From: Candidatus Micrarchaeia archaeon
Lineage (GTDB): Archaea > Micrarchaeota > Micrarchaeia > Anstonellales > Anstonellaceae
Length of the DNA: 64,000 nt
Direction: 5' to 3'
Assembly: GCA_041663445.1 (NCBI GenBank)
Contig: JBAYMR010000001.1
Coordinates: 47,393 to 111,392 of the forward strand
In this document: in pieces, positions 29,028-38,517 of the stretch
Numbering within the stretch: the first letter of the stretch is position 1
Layout: every line of letters begins with the position of its first letter
Notes under the pieces: generated by a model
Database searches by the model: none
Told to the model about the DNA's origin: nothing
What the model saw: only the letters and a program-made list of their open reading frames with translations
Translations under genes and position numbers: made by a program

Positions 29028-30002
29028 TTACCAGTCCAGCACGTAACCGAACACGAGCGGAGCGACTATTGTCGCGTCCGACTCTATCACGAAGCGCGGC
29101 GTGGTGGAGTCAAGCTTGCCCCAGGTGATTTTCTCGTTGGGCACCGCGCCGGAGTAGCTGCCGTAGCTCGTGGTGGAATCGGATATCTGGCAGAAGTACG
29201 ACCAGAAGGGCGTCTTCTCCATCTTGAGGTCCTGGATTAGGAGCGGCACCACGCAAATCGGGAAGTCGCCCGCAATCCCGCCGCCTATCTGGAAAAAGCC
29301 AATCTTGTGCGCGGCGGACTCCTGCTTGTAGTATTCGATGAGCGAGCGCATGTACTCAAGCCCGCTCTTCATGGTGCGGATGTTCTTCAGCCCGCCTTTT
29401 ATCGTCTGGGAAACGAACATGTTGCCTAGCGTGGAGTCTTCCCAGCCGGGCACGAACATCGGGAGGTTCTTCTCCGCGGCTGCAAGCAGCCAGGAGTCCT
29501 TGGGGTCTATTTCATAGTGCTTCTTGAGCACGCCGGACAGGAGAAGCTCGTACATGTACTGGTGCGGGAAAATCGGGTCGTTGTCGCGCTCGTGCTTCTG
29601 CCAGAGCTTGAGCACCTCGGCTTCTATCCGCCTCATTGCCACGTCCTCGGGAATGCAGGTGTCGGTGACGCGGTTCATGCCGGAATTGTAAAGGTCCTCC
29701 TCTTCCTTGGGGGAGAGCTGGCGGTAGTGGGGCACGCGCTTGTAGTGCTTGTTTGCCACGAGGTTGAAGACGTCCTCCTCAAGGTTGGCGCCAGTGCACG
29801 TGATTGCGTGCACTTTGCCCTGGCGTATCATTTCCGCGAGGGATTTCCCAAGCTCCGCGGTGCTCATTGCGCCGGCCATGGTAAGGAACATGTGCCCGTC
29901 GGCATCCAGCAGGTCGCACCAGGCCTGGGAGGCGTCCACGACCACCGCCGCGTTGAAGTGCTTGTAGTGCTTCTTCACGAAATTCCTGATGTACCCTGCC
30001 AT
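29028..30002 (-). CDS. dys: Deoxyhypusine synthase
   Basis: Several blocks match DHS: HAITCTGANLEED, PMFVPGWEDSTLGNMF, IGGGIAGDF, SYGSYSGAVPNEKITWGKL. Start trimmed to MAGYIRN. Confidence 0.85.
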   Translation of the reverse strand: MAGYIRNFVKKHYKHFNAAVVVDASQAWCDLLDADGHMFLTMAGAMSTAELGKSLAEMIRQGKVHAITCTGANLEEDVFNLVANKHYKRVPHYRQLSPKEEEDLYNSGMNRVTDTCIPEDVAMRRIEAEVLKLWQKHERDNDPIFPHQYMYELLLSGVLKKHYEIDPKDSWLLAAAEKNLPMFVPGWEDSTLGNMFVSQTIKGGLKNIRTMKSGLEYMRSLIEYYKQESAAHKIGFFQIGGGIAGDFPICVVPLLIQDLKMEKTPFWSYFCQISDSTTSYGSYSGAVPNEKITWGKLDSTTPRFVIESDATIVAPLVFGYVLDW

Positions 30003-30127
30003 GTTCCCACCCCGATGGACCGCACCAAAAAAGAACGCGCGACAATGAAAAAATGTTTTTTGCACTCTGAAAGACGGCGTGAAAATATATAAGTGTTTGG
30101 GCTTTACGGGGTGAAAATGAGGGTATT

Positions 30128-30982
30128 TTACATGAACTCCTCGACATACTTCGTGATGTCGGTGGATGAGATGTCGTGCTTCACGAGCGGCGCGTCCTTT
30201 ATGAACGGTATTTCGTCGGTGTAAATCGGCTTTTCGGATTTGTAGAACACGCCGATTGGCCAGCGCTCGGTTTCCTGCGCGCGCTTCATTGCCGCGTCCA
30301 GGCTGGACGGGTCGTGCCCTTCGGCTTCGAGCTTGTAGATTTTCTTCTGGTACAGGTCGTATGGAAGGTCTTTCCGCCAGCTCACGCAGGGCTGGAACAC
30401 GTCTATGTGGGCGATGCCCCTGTGGGCGATGCCTTGGGAAATCAGGCCGGTAAGATGGGGAATGTCCCCTGCAAAGCCGCGCGCGACAAACGTTGCCCCG
30501 GCGGAAAGGGACATCAGGATGGGGTTGATTTCGCGCTCTATCGCGCCGTTGGGCGTGGACTTCGTCTTTGTGCCCTGCTTCGTGGTCGGCGAGGTTTGCC
30601 CCGTGGTCAGCCCGTATATCTCGTTGTCCTGGACGATGTATGTGAAGTCCATGTTGCGCCGCATCGCGTGCACGAAGTGCCCCATGCCGATGCCGTACCC
30701 GTCGCCGTCCCCGCCCACCGCAATCACCGTGAGCGAATTGTTTGCGAGGTGGATGCCCTGCGCAGGGGGGAGGGAACGGCCGTGGAGCCCTTCAAAGCCG
30801 TATGCCTTTATGAAATGCGGGAGCTTGGAGCCGCAGCCCACACCGGAAACGACCACGGCCTCGTGCTGAGGGATGTTGAGCTTTGCAAGTGCGCCTTTCA
30901 GCGCTATCAGTATGCCGAAGTCGCCGCAGCCAGGGCACCAGGTGGGCATGTGGCCGGAGTTGAGTTCTGCAACGGTAACCAT
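30128..30982 (-). CDS. 2-oxoacid:ferredoxin oxidoreductase beta subunit (TPP-binding)
   Basis: C-terminal TPP-binding GDG...N region and an N-terminal Cys cluster (CPGCGDF). Confidence 0.85.
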   Translation of the reverse strand: MVTVAELNSGHMPTWCPGCGDFGILIALKGALAKLNIPQHEAVVVSGVGCGSKLPHFIKAYGFEGLHGRSLPPAQGIHLANNSLTVIAVGGDGDGYGIGMGHFVHAMRRNMDFTYIVQDNEIYGLTTGQTSPTTKQGTKTKSTPNGAIEREINPILMSLSAGATFVARGFAGDIPHLTGLISQGIAHRGIAHIDVFQPCVSWRKDLPYDLYQKKIYKLEAEGHDPSSLDAAMKRAQETERWPIGVFYKSEKPIYTDEIPFIKDAPLVKHDISSTDITKYVEEFM

Positions 30983-31010
30983 GGTATCACTCGCTTTCCA
31001 TCATTCACTT

Positions 31011-32765
31011 TCACTTTCGCCCGACGAGCCCAGCCACGTGCCCGGCAATCTCCTCGGGCGTGAACGGGCGCGCGTCGTAGCGCAGGTACGCTTTCTCTAT
31101 GTAATAGCCGGTCTTCTGCAATATGAGGGTGCGCATCTGCGCCTCGGAATTGCCCTCGATGATGACCGTGTTTTTCGATGCCTTGAGGGTCCGAAGCACG
31201 GCGGACGCCGGGAACGGCGAGGCGTACCTGATGTGCATGAGCCGCGCAGCCACGCCCTTCTGCTCAAGGAGCCTGAGCGCCTCGAGCGCCGGCCCTTTCG
31301 TGGAGCCCCAGCATACGATTGTGATGTCTGACAGCGCCACGGACGCCCCGTAGAACGAGGGCGCGATGAAAACCTCGGGGATTAGGGAGAGCTTTCTCGC
31401 GCGCTTGTCCACCTGCTTCACGCGCTCGGCGCCATCCTCAGTTGAAAAGCCAGTCTCGTCGTGCTCGTAGCTGGAGCAGACGTGCATCCCGTTCTTCTGC
31501 CCCGGCAGGCAGCGGTTCGAAATCCCGTTGGCAGTGTATTCGTAGCGCTTGAAGGCGGTTGCCGCCTCCATCTGCGCGTCGGCCATGAGCTTGCCGCGCT
31601 CGACCTTGAGCGGGAGCTTGCGGAAGTCCTCCACGGTCTGCGAGCTTTCGGAAAGGTACTTGTCAAGGAGCACGATGACCGGCACCTGGAGGAGCTCGGC
31701 GATGTTGAATGCGTTGAACGCCTCGACGTAGCATTCGGTGGCGTCGCCAGGCGCGACCACCACGCGCGGGAACTCGCCTTGCGAGGTGTGGAGCGAGAAG
31801 AGCAGGTCTGCCTGCTCGGTATATGTCGGGAGCCCGGTGGACGGGCCTGCGCGCTGGGAATTGAATATCACGCACGGGGTTTCCATCATGCCCATCATGC
31901 CGATTGCCTCGGACATGAGCGAAAAGCCGCCGCCGGACGTAGCTGTCATGGAGCGCGCGCCCGCAAACGCGGCGCCGGCAATCATGTTCGCCGCCGAAAT
32001 TTCGTCCTCGGTCTGTTTCACGATTATCCCGTAGTCGCGCTCGTGCCCAGCCATGAGGTGCAGTATCGCTGTGGACGGGCTCATGGGGTATTCCGCCACG
32101 AACTTGCAGCCCGCAGCAATCGCGCCAGCCACGGACGCCTCGTTGCCGTTTATGAAAAGCGTTTTCTCGCGCTTCACGAATTCCACCCTTGCCGGAAAGC
32201 TGCCGTTCGTGACGGACTTTGAAAAATCATAGCCTGCACGGGCCGCCGCGATGTTGGCGTCCACCACGCCCTGCCCTTTCCGCATCCATAGCTTGTGCAT
32301 CATGCCCTCGATTATCGAGAAATCCATGCAGAGGATTCCCATCGCGGCGCCGAGGGCGACTGTGTTGAACATTATCTCCCCGCCGGCTGCGGCCGCCATC
32401 TGGGAAAGGGGCGCGCCGACGTAGGCGATGTCCTGCCTTTTTGCGATTTCCTTTGCATCGCTTACCTTGCTTGAATCGTAAATGAGCGCGCCGCCCTCGG
32501 ACAGTTCTGATGCGCGCACCTCCACCGTCTTCTTGTCAAGCGCAATCAGTATGTCGGGCTTTCCCAGGAGGGAAAATATCGGCGTGGGGCTGGCGCTTAC
32601 CGCGTATGTGTTGTGCCCGCCCTTGATGAGAGACGGGTAGTCGTTTGTGCCGAATACCTCAAGCCCGCTCCGCTGCAGGCATTTTGCGAAAAGCGTGCCA
32701 ACCGAAGCAACGCCCGCCCCGGCAGGGCCACCTATGAGAAAGTTCACCCTATTCACATCAGCCAT
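31011..32765 (-). CDS. 2-oxoacid:ferredoxin oxidoreductase alpha subunit (fused gamma-alpha type)
   Basis: N-terminal gamma-like domain (FLIGGPAGAGVASVGTL...) followed by the alpha-subunit Pyr domain. Adjacent to the beta subunit. Confidence 0.85.
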   Translation of the reverse strand: MADVNRVNFLIGGPAGAGVASVGTLFAKCLQRSGLEVFGTNDYPSLIKGGHNTYAVSASPTPIFSLLGKPDILIALDKKTVEVRASELSEGGALIYDSSKVSDAKEIAKRQDIAYVGAPLSQMAAAAGGEIMFNTVALGAAMGILCMDFSIIEGMMHKLWMRKGQGVVDANIAAARAGYDFSKSVTNGSFPARVEFVKREKTLFINGNEASVAGAIAAGCKFVAEYPMSPSTAILHLMAGHERDYGIIVKQTEDEISAANMIAGAAFAGARSMTATSGGGFSLMSEAIGMMGMMETPCVIFNSQRAGPSTGLPTYTEQADLLFSLHTSQGEFPRVVVAPGDATECYVEAFNAFNIAELLQVPVIVLLDKYLSESSQTVEDFRKLPLKVERGKLMADAQMEAATAFKRYEYTANGISNRCLPGQKNGMHVCSSYEHDETGFSTEDGAERVKQVDKRARKLSLIPEVFIAPSFYGASVALSDITIVCWGSTKGPALEALRLLEQKGVAARLMHIRYASPFPASAVLRTLKASKNTVIIEGNSEAQMRTLILQKTGYYIEKAYLRYDARPFTPEEIAGHVAGLVGRK

Positions 32766-32872
32766 GGAATCACTGTTGGTCGCGCAGGAAAAGCGGAATT
32801 GAAATTAATAAAGGTTCTTGACGGTGATTGACGTAGTCGGAAAGAAGGAAAAGGAACGGGCGGCGCGGAAAA

Positions 32873-33358
32873 TCAGATGAACTTGCCCATCACGGTCTGC
32901 GAGCCATACTGCTTTACGCCGGCGATGCCGCTTGGCGTAGTGTACGTGATGTTCACGCCCCAGTCATAAACAGCCCCGGGGGTGTTGACGCCGCACCCGC
33001 CAAAGGACATCTTCTTTGCTTCGCCAGGGGCAAATGTCATAGAAGTGGTGTTTGCCGTGCATGGCCCGACATTGAGGGAGGTGATGGTGTATTGCCCGTC
33101 CGCCTTCATGGTCTGGATGGTAAAAGTCCCCGTCCCGTTCACGGTTACGTTCCCGGTTATGCTCCCGGCAGCCACGACGTTCTCCATTATGGCAAACGGT
33201 GAGGCGCTTTTCCAATAGGTGCTTGACTGCGTTATCTGCGCGTCGGCAGCCATCCCCGGGAAAAACCCGAGAAGCGCAACGGAAACGAGCGCGACAATCA
33301 ATACTACCGCCAGCAGAACCAGATATTCGGTTGCCCCTTGCCCTCGAAATAAACCCAT
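32873..33358 (-). CDS. Pilin-like protein with class-III signal peptide (paralog of 4094..4540)
   Basis: MGLFRGQG/ATEYLVLLAVVLIVALVSVALLGFFP. N-terminus nearly identical to the first pilin; Thr/Gly/Asn-rich beta domain. Confidence 0.7.
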   Translation of the reverse strand: MGLFRGQGATEYLVLLAVVLIVALVSVALLGFFPGMAADAQITQSSTYWKSASPFAIMENVVAAGSITGNVTVNGTGTFTIQTMKADGQYTITSLNVGPCTANTTSMTFAPGEAKKMSFGGCGVNTPGAVYDWGVNITYTTPSGIAGVKQYGSQTVMGKFI

Positions 33359-33557
33359 AAGATGACCCTATGGAACCGGAATTCGGGTTGAAAATATATA
33401 AACGCTTGCCAACTATGATTGAAAATAAGGCATAGGCCAGGCTCTCAATACAAAAAAGAAAAAAATCAGTTGCTCTTCGCGCGCTTCCTGCTCTGGCGCT
33501 TTCCGCTTGCCGAATGCTTTCCTCTCTTCATATTTTCACCTCGAAATCTCCAGATAG

Positions 33558-33631
33558 CGCCCTCGCAGGGATTTGAACCCTGATCTCAAGCTCCGCAAGC
33601 TCGCATTCTATCCAAGTTATACTACGAGGGC
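33558..33631 (-). tRNA. tRNA-Arg (anticodon GCG)
   Basis: Minus strand reads GCCCUCG...CGAGGGC-G with T-arm CAGGG-UUCAAAU-CCCUG and anticodon arm CGAGC-UUGCGGA-GCUUG. The D region is slightly irregular. Confidence 0.7.
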
Positions 33632-33695
33632 ACGGGATGATAAGAGACTAAACCCTTATTAAGTTTAGGCACCCACAGATTTCCCACGTGGGAAC

Positions 33696-34100
33696 ATGTC
33701 TTCAAGCTCGGTTGCGCGCATAGACGAAAAGGGCAGGCTCATCGTGCCCGCCGCCTACAGGGAGGTTTTGAACCTCAATGAGAACAGCAACGTGCTCCTT
33801 ACGCTTGACACTTCGAAAAATTGCCTTGTCCTGCTCCCATTCGCCTCGGCAGGCGACGAGCTTTACAGGGTGGGCGTGGCGCTCTCGGACGCGCCTGGCT
33901 CGCTTTCGCGCCTGCTTATCCTGCTTGCAAAGTCCGGCGTTGATTTGGTGCAGTCGGAGTCCATCGCCTCGGACAGGGGCAGGAGCGCGCAATGGCATGC
34001 CACGGTGGACCTGTCCAAGTGCAAGGCAAAGCCAGCGGCGATAAGGGAGCTTCTTCTTAGGGAAAAGGTGGCGACGAAAGTGGAAATCGCGCAGGTCTGA
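33696..34100 (+). CDS. AbrB/MazE (SpoVT-AbrB) DNA-binding domain + ACT domain protein
   Basis: N-terminal IDEKGRLIVPAAYREVLNL (swapped-hairpin AbrB-like). C-terminal YRVGVALSDAPGSLSRLLILLAKSGVDLV (ACT-like). Confidence 0.6.
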   Translation: MSSSSVARIDEKGRLIVPAAYREVLNLNENSNVLLTLDTSKNCLVLLPFASAGDELYRVGVALSDAPGSLSRLLILLAKSGVDLVQSESIASDRGRSAQWHATVDLSKCKAKPAAIRELLLREKVATKVEIAQV

Positions 34101-34163
34101 GCTGCCAGCGTTGCAGGAAGATTTAAAACATGGTACTTGCTTAGCGATACGGGAGGCTGTTTT

Positions 34164-34415
34164 ATGGGGTTTATGAATTTGTTCGAAAAGAAGGAGCCGA
34201 TGACTGAATCGAAAATAATGGCGTTGATTCCCGAAGCCACTAGCCTGAGAAAAGTCAATAGGATAATCGAGTGTGTGAAGGGGTTCCCATACTCAACTAG
34301 CACAGGCATCTTCAGTGCCCTTGAAAATCAGGTCAAAAGCGGGTCTTTCCCAAATAGAAAGCAGGAGACCGCAACCAACAGCATAAGAGCGGCAAGGATG
34401 AAATTGGTGAGATAA
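34164..34415 (+). CDS. Hypothetical small protein (83 aa)
   Basis: ORF with a GGGAGG motif 8 nt upstream of the ATG; lower GC than surrounding sequence. Confidence 0.3.
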   Translation: MGFMNLFEKKEPMTESKIMALIPEATSLRKVNRIIECVKGFPYSTSTGIFSALENQVKSGSFPNRKQETATNSIRAARMKLVR

Positions 34416-34516
34416 CTTTTTCTGTTTCTTCGCTTTTTTGCCCGTTTAGCGCCTAGCCTAGCGCACGTTTTATAAACCCTTTGCCCACTAACATGGGAAA
34501 ATGGGAAAAAGGTGGG

Positions 34517-34849
34517 AATATGAGAAATGTTAAAACCATGACGAACCTGGCAAAAGTGGAAGCCATTGTGAAGGGGATGGAAAAGAACGGAGGGCGGGAC
34601 AGGATATTCTCCGCGGAGAAGGGGCTGGCTCTCCTCCGGCAAGTGCCGCTTGGGAACGGCTCGCGGGAAAAGGCCATCGAGGCGGCAGACGGCCTGGCGC
34701 GGGAATTGAGAAAGGATTATGGCTGCCCGGAAAAGCGCATCCGGGCGGCGGTTACGGTGACTAAAATCACATCGTTTGCAAGGGAAATAACGCCGTTCGG
34801 CGGCTGCAAGGCAGGGCAGATGATGGTGGAAACGCTCTGCCTTGCCTGA
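34517..34849 (+). CDS. Hypothetical small protein (110 aa)
   Basis: ORF 34481..34849 trimmed to MRNVKTM; AGGTGGGAAT precedes the ATG. Confidence 0.35.
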   Translation, partial: NMRNVKTMTNLAKVEAIVKGMEKNGGRDRIFSAEKGLALLRQVPLGNGSREKAIEAADGLARELRKDYGCPEKRIRAAVTVTKITSFAREITPFGGCKAGQMMVETLCLA

Positions 34850-34937
34850 CATGAATTTGCGTCTTTTCATTTTTGTCGCACCTGGAGCGCAAGCTTTAAA
34901 CGCACCGCCTGCCCACGTTATGTGGGAATAAGGTGGG

Positions 34938-35069
34938 ATGATGAAGAAGGCGAAGAAAGAGGAGGAACGGAAGCGCAATGTCTCAATCGGCGGCGCGTTC
35001 GAGCTGGTTGACAGCATAAACGAATACGCCCGCCGGAAGAACTCCGTGCTTGGCGCGCTTGCCGATTGA
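34938..35069 (+). CDS. Hypothetical 43-aa basic peptide (MMKKAKKEEERKRNVSIGGAFELVDSINEYARRKNSVLGALAD)
   Basis: Not in the ORF track (below length cut-off); the same AAGGTGGGA-ATG upstream motif as the 34517 gene. Confidence 0.25.
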   Translation: MMKKAKKEEERKRNVSIGGAFELVDSINEYARRKNSVLGALAD

Positions 35070-35156
35070 GGCGCATTGGAGGATTATTCCCATTTGAATA
35101 AAACAGGCAGCGCAGTTTATAACGGGGCTTTTGGAAATTCTTCTTGGTGAGGCTCC

Positions 35157-36311
35157 ATGGCAACAAAAATATTCTCTTCAGAGTCGGTGACGGAAGGGCA
35201 TCCGGACAAGATTTGCGATGCTGTGTCTGATGCCATACTCGACGCGATTTTGGGCAAGGACCCCAAAGGCAGGGTGGCTGTGGAAACGCTGGTCACGACA
35301 GGCACGGTGATAGTTGCGGGGGAAGTGACCACCAGGACGTATGTGGACGTCCAGAAAACCGTGCGCGAGACGCTGCGGGACATCGGCTACACCAACCCCG
35401 AGTACGGGCTTGATTCCAAGGACTGCGGGGTGCTCACCGCAATACATGAGCAGTCGCCGGACATCTCGGTAGGGGTGGACGGGAACAAGGAGCACGAGCA
35501 GGGCGCAGGGGACCAGGGGATGATGTTCGGGTATGCCTGCGACGAGACGCCGCAGCTCATGCCCCTGCCCATCATGCTTGCGCATGCAATCACGCGGCGC
35601 CTGTCGGAAGTGAGGAAGAAAAAAATCCTCCCATGGGTCCGCCCCGACGGCAAGAGCCAGGTGTCGGTGGAATACGTTGACGGGAAGCCGAAGCGCGTTG
35701 TTACCGTCGTAGTTGCTGCGCAGCACGACCCGGGCGTCCCCAGGGAAAGGATAGAGAAGGAAATAATCGAGCAGGTGGTGAAGCCAGCGTGCGGCAAGTG
35801 GTTCACTCCTGAGACGAAGTATTTCGTGAACGGCACGGGCATCTTCGTGGTGGGCGGCCCCGAGGGGGACACGGGCGTCACGGGCAGGAAAATCATCGTG
35901 GACACCTATGGAGGCATGGGAAGGCACGGCGGAGGCTGCTTCTCGGGAAAGGACCCGTCGAAGGTGGACAGGTCGGGCGCGTACATGGCGCGCTACATCG
36001 CGAAAAACGTGGTGGCGTCAGGGCTTGCCAGCCGCTGCGAGGTGCAGATTTCATACTGCATCGGCATTGCAAAGCCCACGTCGGTTTACGTGGACACGTT
36101 CGGCACCGGCAAGGTGCCGGATGAGAGGATAGAGGCGCTTGTTGAGAAGAACTTCGGCCTCAAGCCTGCGGAGATAATCTCGCACCTGCAGCTTTTGCGC
36201 CCCATATACAGGAAAACGTCGGCTTACGGGCATTTCGGGCGCGAGGAGCCGGAGTTCACCTGGGAGAAAACGGACAAGGCCGCGGAGCTTAGGAAGCAGG
36301 CGGGAATCTAG
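35157..36311 (+). CDS. metK: S-adenosylmethionine synthetase, bacterial/eukaryotic MetK type
   Basis: GHPDK, GAGDQG and the full-length MetK fold motifs. This is not the archaeal MAT type. Confidence 0.9.
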   Translation: MATKIFSSESVTEGHPDKICDAVSDAILDAILGKDPKGRVAVETLVTTGTVIVAGEVTTRTYVDVQKTVRETLRDIGYTNPEYGLDSKDCGVLTAIHEQSPDISVGVDGNKEHEQGAGDQGMMFGYACDETPQLMPLPIMLAHAITRRLSEVRKKKILPWVRPDGKSQVSVEYVDGKPKRVVTVVVAAQHDPGVPRERIEKEIIEQVVKPACGKWFTPETKYFVNGTGIFVVGGPEGDTGVTGRKIIVDTYGGMGRHGGGCFSGKDPSKVDRSGAYMARYIAKNVVASGLASRCEVQISYCIGIAKPTSVYVDTFGTGKVPDERIEALVEKNFGLKPAEIISHLQLLRPIYRKTSAYGHFGREEPEFTWEKTDKAAELRKQAGI

Positions 36312-37891
36312 GGCTTGGCGGCAAGCGAGAATATGGAGCGGCTGCAGCGCTTCTTCGCGCTTATTTCAGCATTCACGTAGCCAAGCACCATCTTCTTTAC
36401 GCGCGCGTATTCCTCGCGCGGAAGCTGCCTGTTGAGCACGGCATGGCGCATGCCCTTCACATTGGAGCAGAGGATGCACTCCTCGCAGCCTTCTAGGTTG
36501 TGGCAGAAATAGCAGTCGCTGCAGCGGCTGGAGCTGTCAATCTCGAAGCAGCGCTTGCACTCGGTCATGTCGTAGCAGTTGATGCAGAATTCCGAGTCGA
36601 GCATGCGCATGTAGCCGCCGAAGATGTACTTGGACTGGATGATGCCGGTGGAGCACGCGGACTTTTGCGACGTGGTGGAATCCCAGCTCGAATAGACCTC
36701 GCTGGACGAGATGCACTGGGAAACGTTCACGTAATCCCGGCACGGCCCGTCCACGAAGTCAAGCGAGAGCGCGAAATTGGATGCGATTATTTTTTCCAAT
36801 TCCACGAGGGGCAAGTGCAGCTGCTGCTCATTGGCGAGCGGCTTGTTCTGCGAAAGGGCCTCCTCGAACGAGCAGAGGCAGGACGCGGGAAGGCCTTTCA
36901 CCAGCGGAAGCTCGGGCTTTGATGCAGGCGAGCCGAATTTCCCCTTCACCACCTTCACAGGAAGCGCCCTTTCCTGGAGGTAGGGCACGTACGGGGCGAT
37001 GGGCTTCCTTTCCTGCCCAAGCACTATTTTCGTGGCGTCGGAAAATGCCTTTTCCACTCCCGATGGCGCAGGAAGGGTCGGGATGAATTCCACGCCGCCG
37101 TCCTCGCCGCCTTTCTTCGCTGCGAGGCGGGCAATGTCGGAAATCGAGCGCGCGCGGCCTCCCTTGTCAAGCTCGTCCGCGATTTCCAATGTGAGCTTTT
37201 TCTTGAGGGCGAGGTACTTGCCCTTGGGAAGCTCGAGGTTGCCGATTACGTTCTTCCTGCCGCGCAGGTTGTAGGCAAACATGCAGTCCAGGCAATTGGT
37301 GCAGTTGAATGAATAGTACATGTCGGAGGAGTGCGTGATGTAGAAGGACTCGAAAAGCCTGTTCACGTTTATGCCCTCGTGGCATCGGATGGAGTAGTTT
37401 ATCTTGGGGAACGCGGGGATGCCGAAGACGCACTCGGACTCGCGCACGTGGGAGATGTATGCCGCCTTTTTCACGTTCCTGACGTTGTGGGAGTAGTAGA
37501 CGTCAATGCAGTTTATCGCGTTGTCCACGAGCCTTGTGTTCATGTTCTTCTCGAACACCTTGTTGCCGCAGTACGCCACGTTCTCCCCCGCCGCGCGGAA
37601 AAGCGAGTCAATGTCCTTTATGTCGTTGATGGAAAATGCTGCGGGCGGGAGGGAAGGCACCTCGTCGGAAGAGACGAAGCGCGCGCCGGAAGGGTAGAGG
37701 TGGTGCCCGAGATAGACGTCCTTCCCCGAGACGCCGGACTTTGCGATGGTGTAGGGGAGCATCGCCTCCTTCAGGTAGGGCTCGAACTTCTGGAGCCCGC
37801 CCACGTCCCTGCCGAAAAGCAGCTTGCACAGCCCCCTCCATGCCGCGTCTATTGGCGCGATGTTGAAATTTTCCAATGTGCCACCGAGCAT
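36308..37891 (-). CDS. Uncharacterized Cys-rich protein with two internally duplicated C-x2-C...C-x2-C-x-F modules (527 aa)
   Basis: ...[23 protein letters not shown]... and ...[52 protein letters not shown]...; the C-terminal module is paralogous to 1..451. Confidence 0.55.
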   Translation of the reverse strand: MLGGTLENFNIAPIDAAWRGLCKLLFGRDVGGLQKFEPYLKEAMLPYTIAKSGVSGKDVYLGHHLYPSGARFVSSDEVPSLPPAAFSINDIKDIDSLFRAAGENVAYCGNKVFEKNMNTRLVDNAINCIDVYYSHNVRNVKKAAYISHVRESECVFGIPAFPKINYSIRCHEGINVNRLFESFYITHSSDMYYSFNCTNCLDCMFAYNLRGRKNVIGNLELPKGKYLALKKKLTLEIADELDKGGRARSISDIARLAAKKGGEDGGVEFIPTLPAPSGVEKAFSDATKIVLGQERKPIAPYVPYLQERALPVKVVKGKFGSPASKPELPLVKGLPASCLCSFEEALSQNKPLANEQQLHLPLVELEKIIASNFALSLDFVDGPCRDYVNVSQCISSSEVYSSWDSTTSQKSACSTGIIQSKYIFGGYMRMLDSEFCINCYDMTECKRCFEIDSSSRCSDCYFCHNLEGCEECILCSNVKGMRHAVLNRQLPREEYARVKKMVLGYVNAEISAKKRCSRSIFSLAAKP

Positions 37892-37986
37892 CTATTGCCG
37901 GCAAACGTTTTAGGCGATTTCGGTGGCGGAAAGGCACTCTTTTAACCCTATCGCCTCTTAACCCCGTACCGAAGGATACAAGGTGA

Positions 37987-38145
37987 ATGATTATGCTGAA
38001 AAACTGCGTTACATGCGGAAAGCAGACCAAGGAATACTCGGAGTTCCCGTGCGCAAGCTGCGGCGAGAAGATTGTGCGCTGCAAGCACTGCAGGCAGATT
38101 TCGCTCCCCTACACGTGCAAATCATGCGGGAAGAACGGGCCGTAA
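37987..38145 (+). CDS. Small double Zn-ribbon protein (4x CxxC; COG2888-like), in the conserved pair with aEF-1beta
   Basis: MIMLKNCVTCGKQTKEYSEFPCASCGEKIVRCKHCRQISLPYTCKSCGKNGP. Not in the ORF track in this frame; found by hand translation immediately upstream of EF-1beta. Confidence 0.6.
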   Translation: MIMLKNCVTCGKQTKEYSEFPCASCGEKIVRCKHCRQISLPYTCKSCGKNGP

Positions 38146-38175
38146 GCGCGCTTTTTGCCCCCTAGAGGTGTTTTG

Positions 38176-38427
38176 ATGGGACAGGTTGCAGTAGTAATGA
38201 AGATAATGCCGGACGACATGGCCCAGTTCGACAAGCTGAGGAAGGATGTCACGGAGACGCTCAAGCCATACAAGATGGAGGAGCAGCCGGTTGCGTTCGG
38301 GATTGTCGCGCTTTCGCTCACATTTGTCGTCGAGGACGGCGTGGGCGGCTCGGACCTGCTTGAGGCGAAGGCTGCCAAGATTGCCAACGTCTCGGGCGTG
38401 GAAATCGTTTCCGTGGACAGGCTGTAG
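38176..38427 (+). CDS. Translation elongation factor 1-beta (aEF-1beta)
   Basis: MGQVAVVMKIMPDDMAQFDKLRKDV...AFGIVALSLTFVVEDGVGGSDLLEAK: typical aEF1B length and sequence. Confidence 0.85.
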   Translation: MGQVAVVMKIMPDDMAQFDKLRKDVTETLKPYKMEEQPVAFGIVALSLTFVVEDGVGGSDLLEAKAAKIANVSGVEIVSVDRL

Positions 38428-38517
38428 ATTTTTGTTTTGTACTTTTTGGATTTTTATCTTTTTCCTCGCTCTTTTTTCTTTTGCAGGTGTCATCCTTTAT
38501 ATAACATTTGTTACTTA

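Noticed and set aside
33467-33531. 21-codon basic peptide (MKRGKHSASGKRQSRKRAKSN) just downstream of tRNA-Arg on the minus strand
   Set aside because: Too short, and no upstream signal distinct from the tRNA transcript. Could be a tiny ribosomal-like peptide, but I cannot support it.
34328-35017. 229-aa minus-strand ORF
   Set aside because: Antisense to the two SD-preceded small plus-strand genes; Arg/Pro/His-rich translation typical of spurious GC-rich frames.
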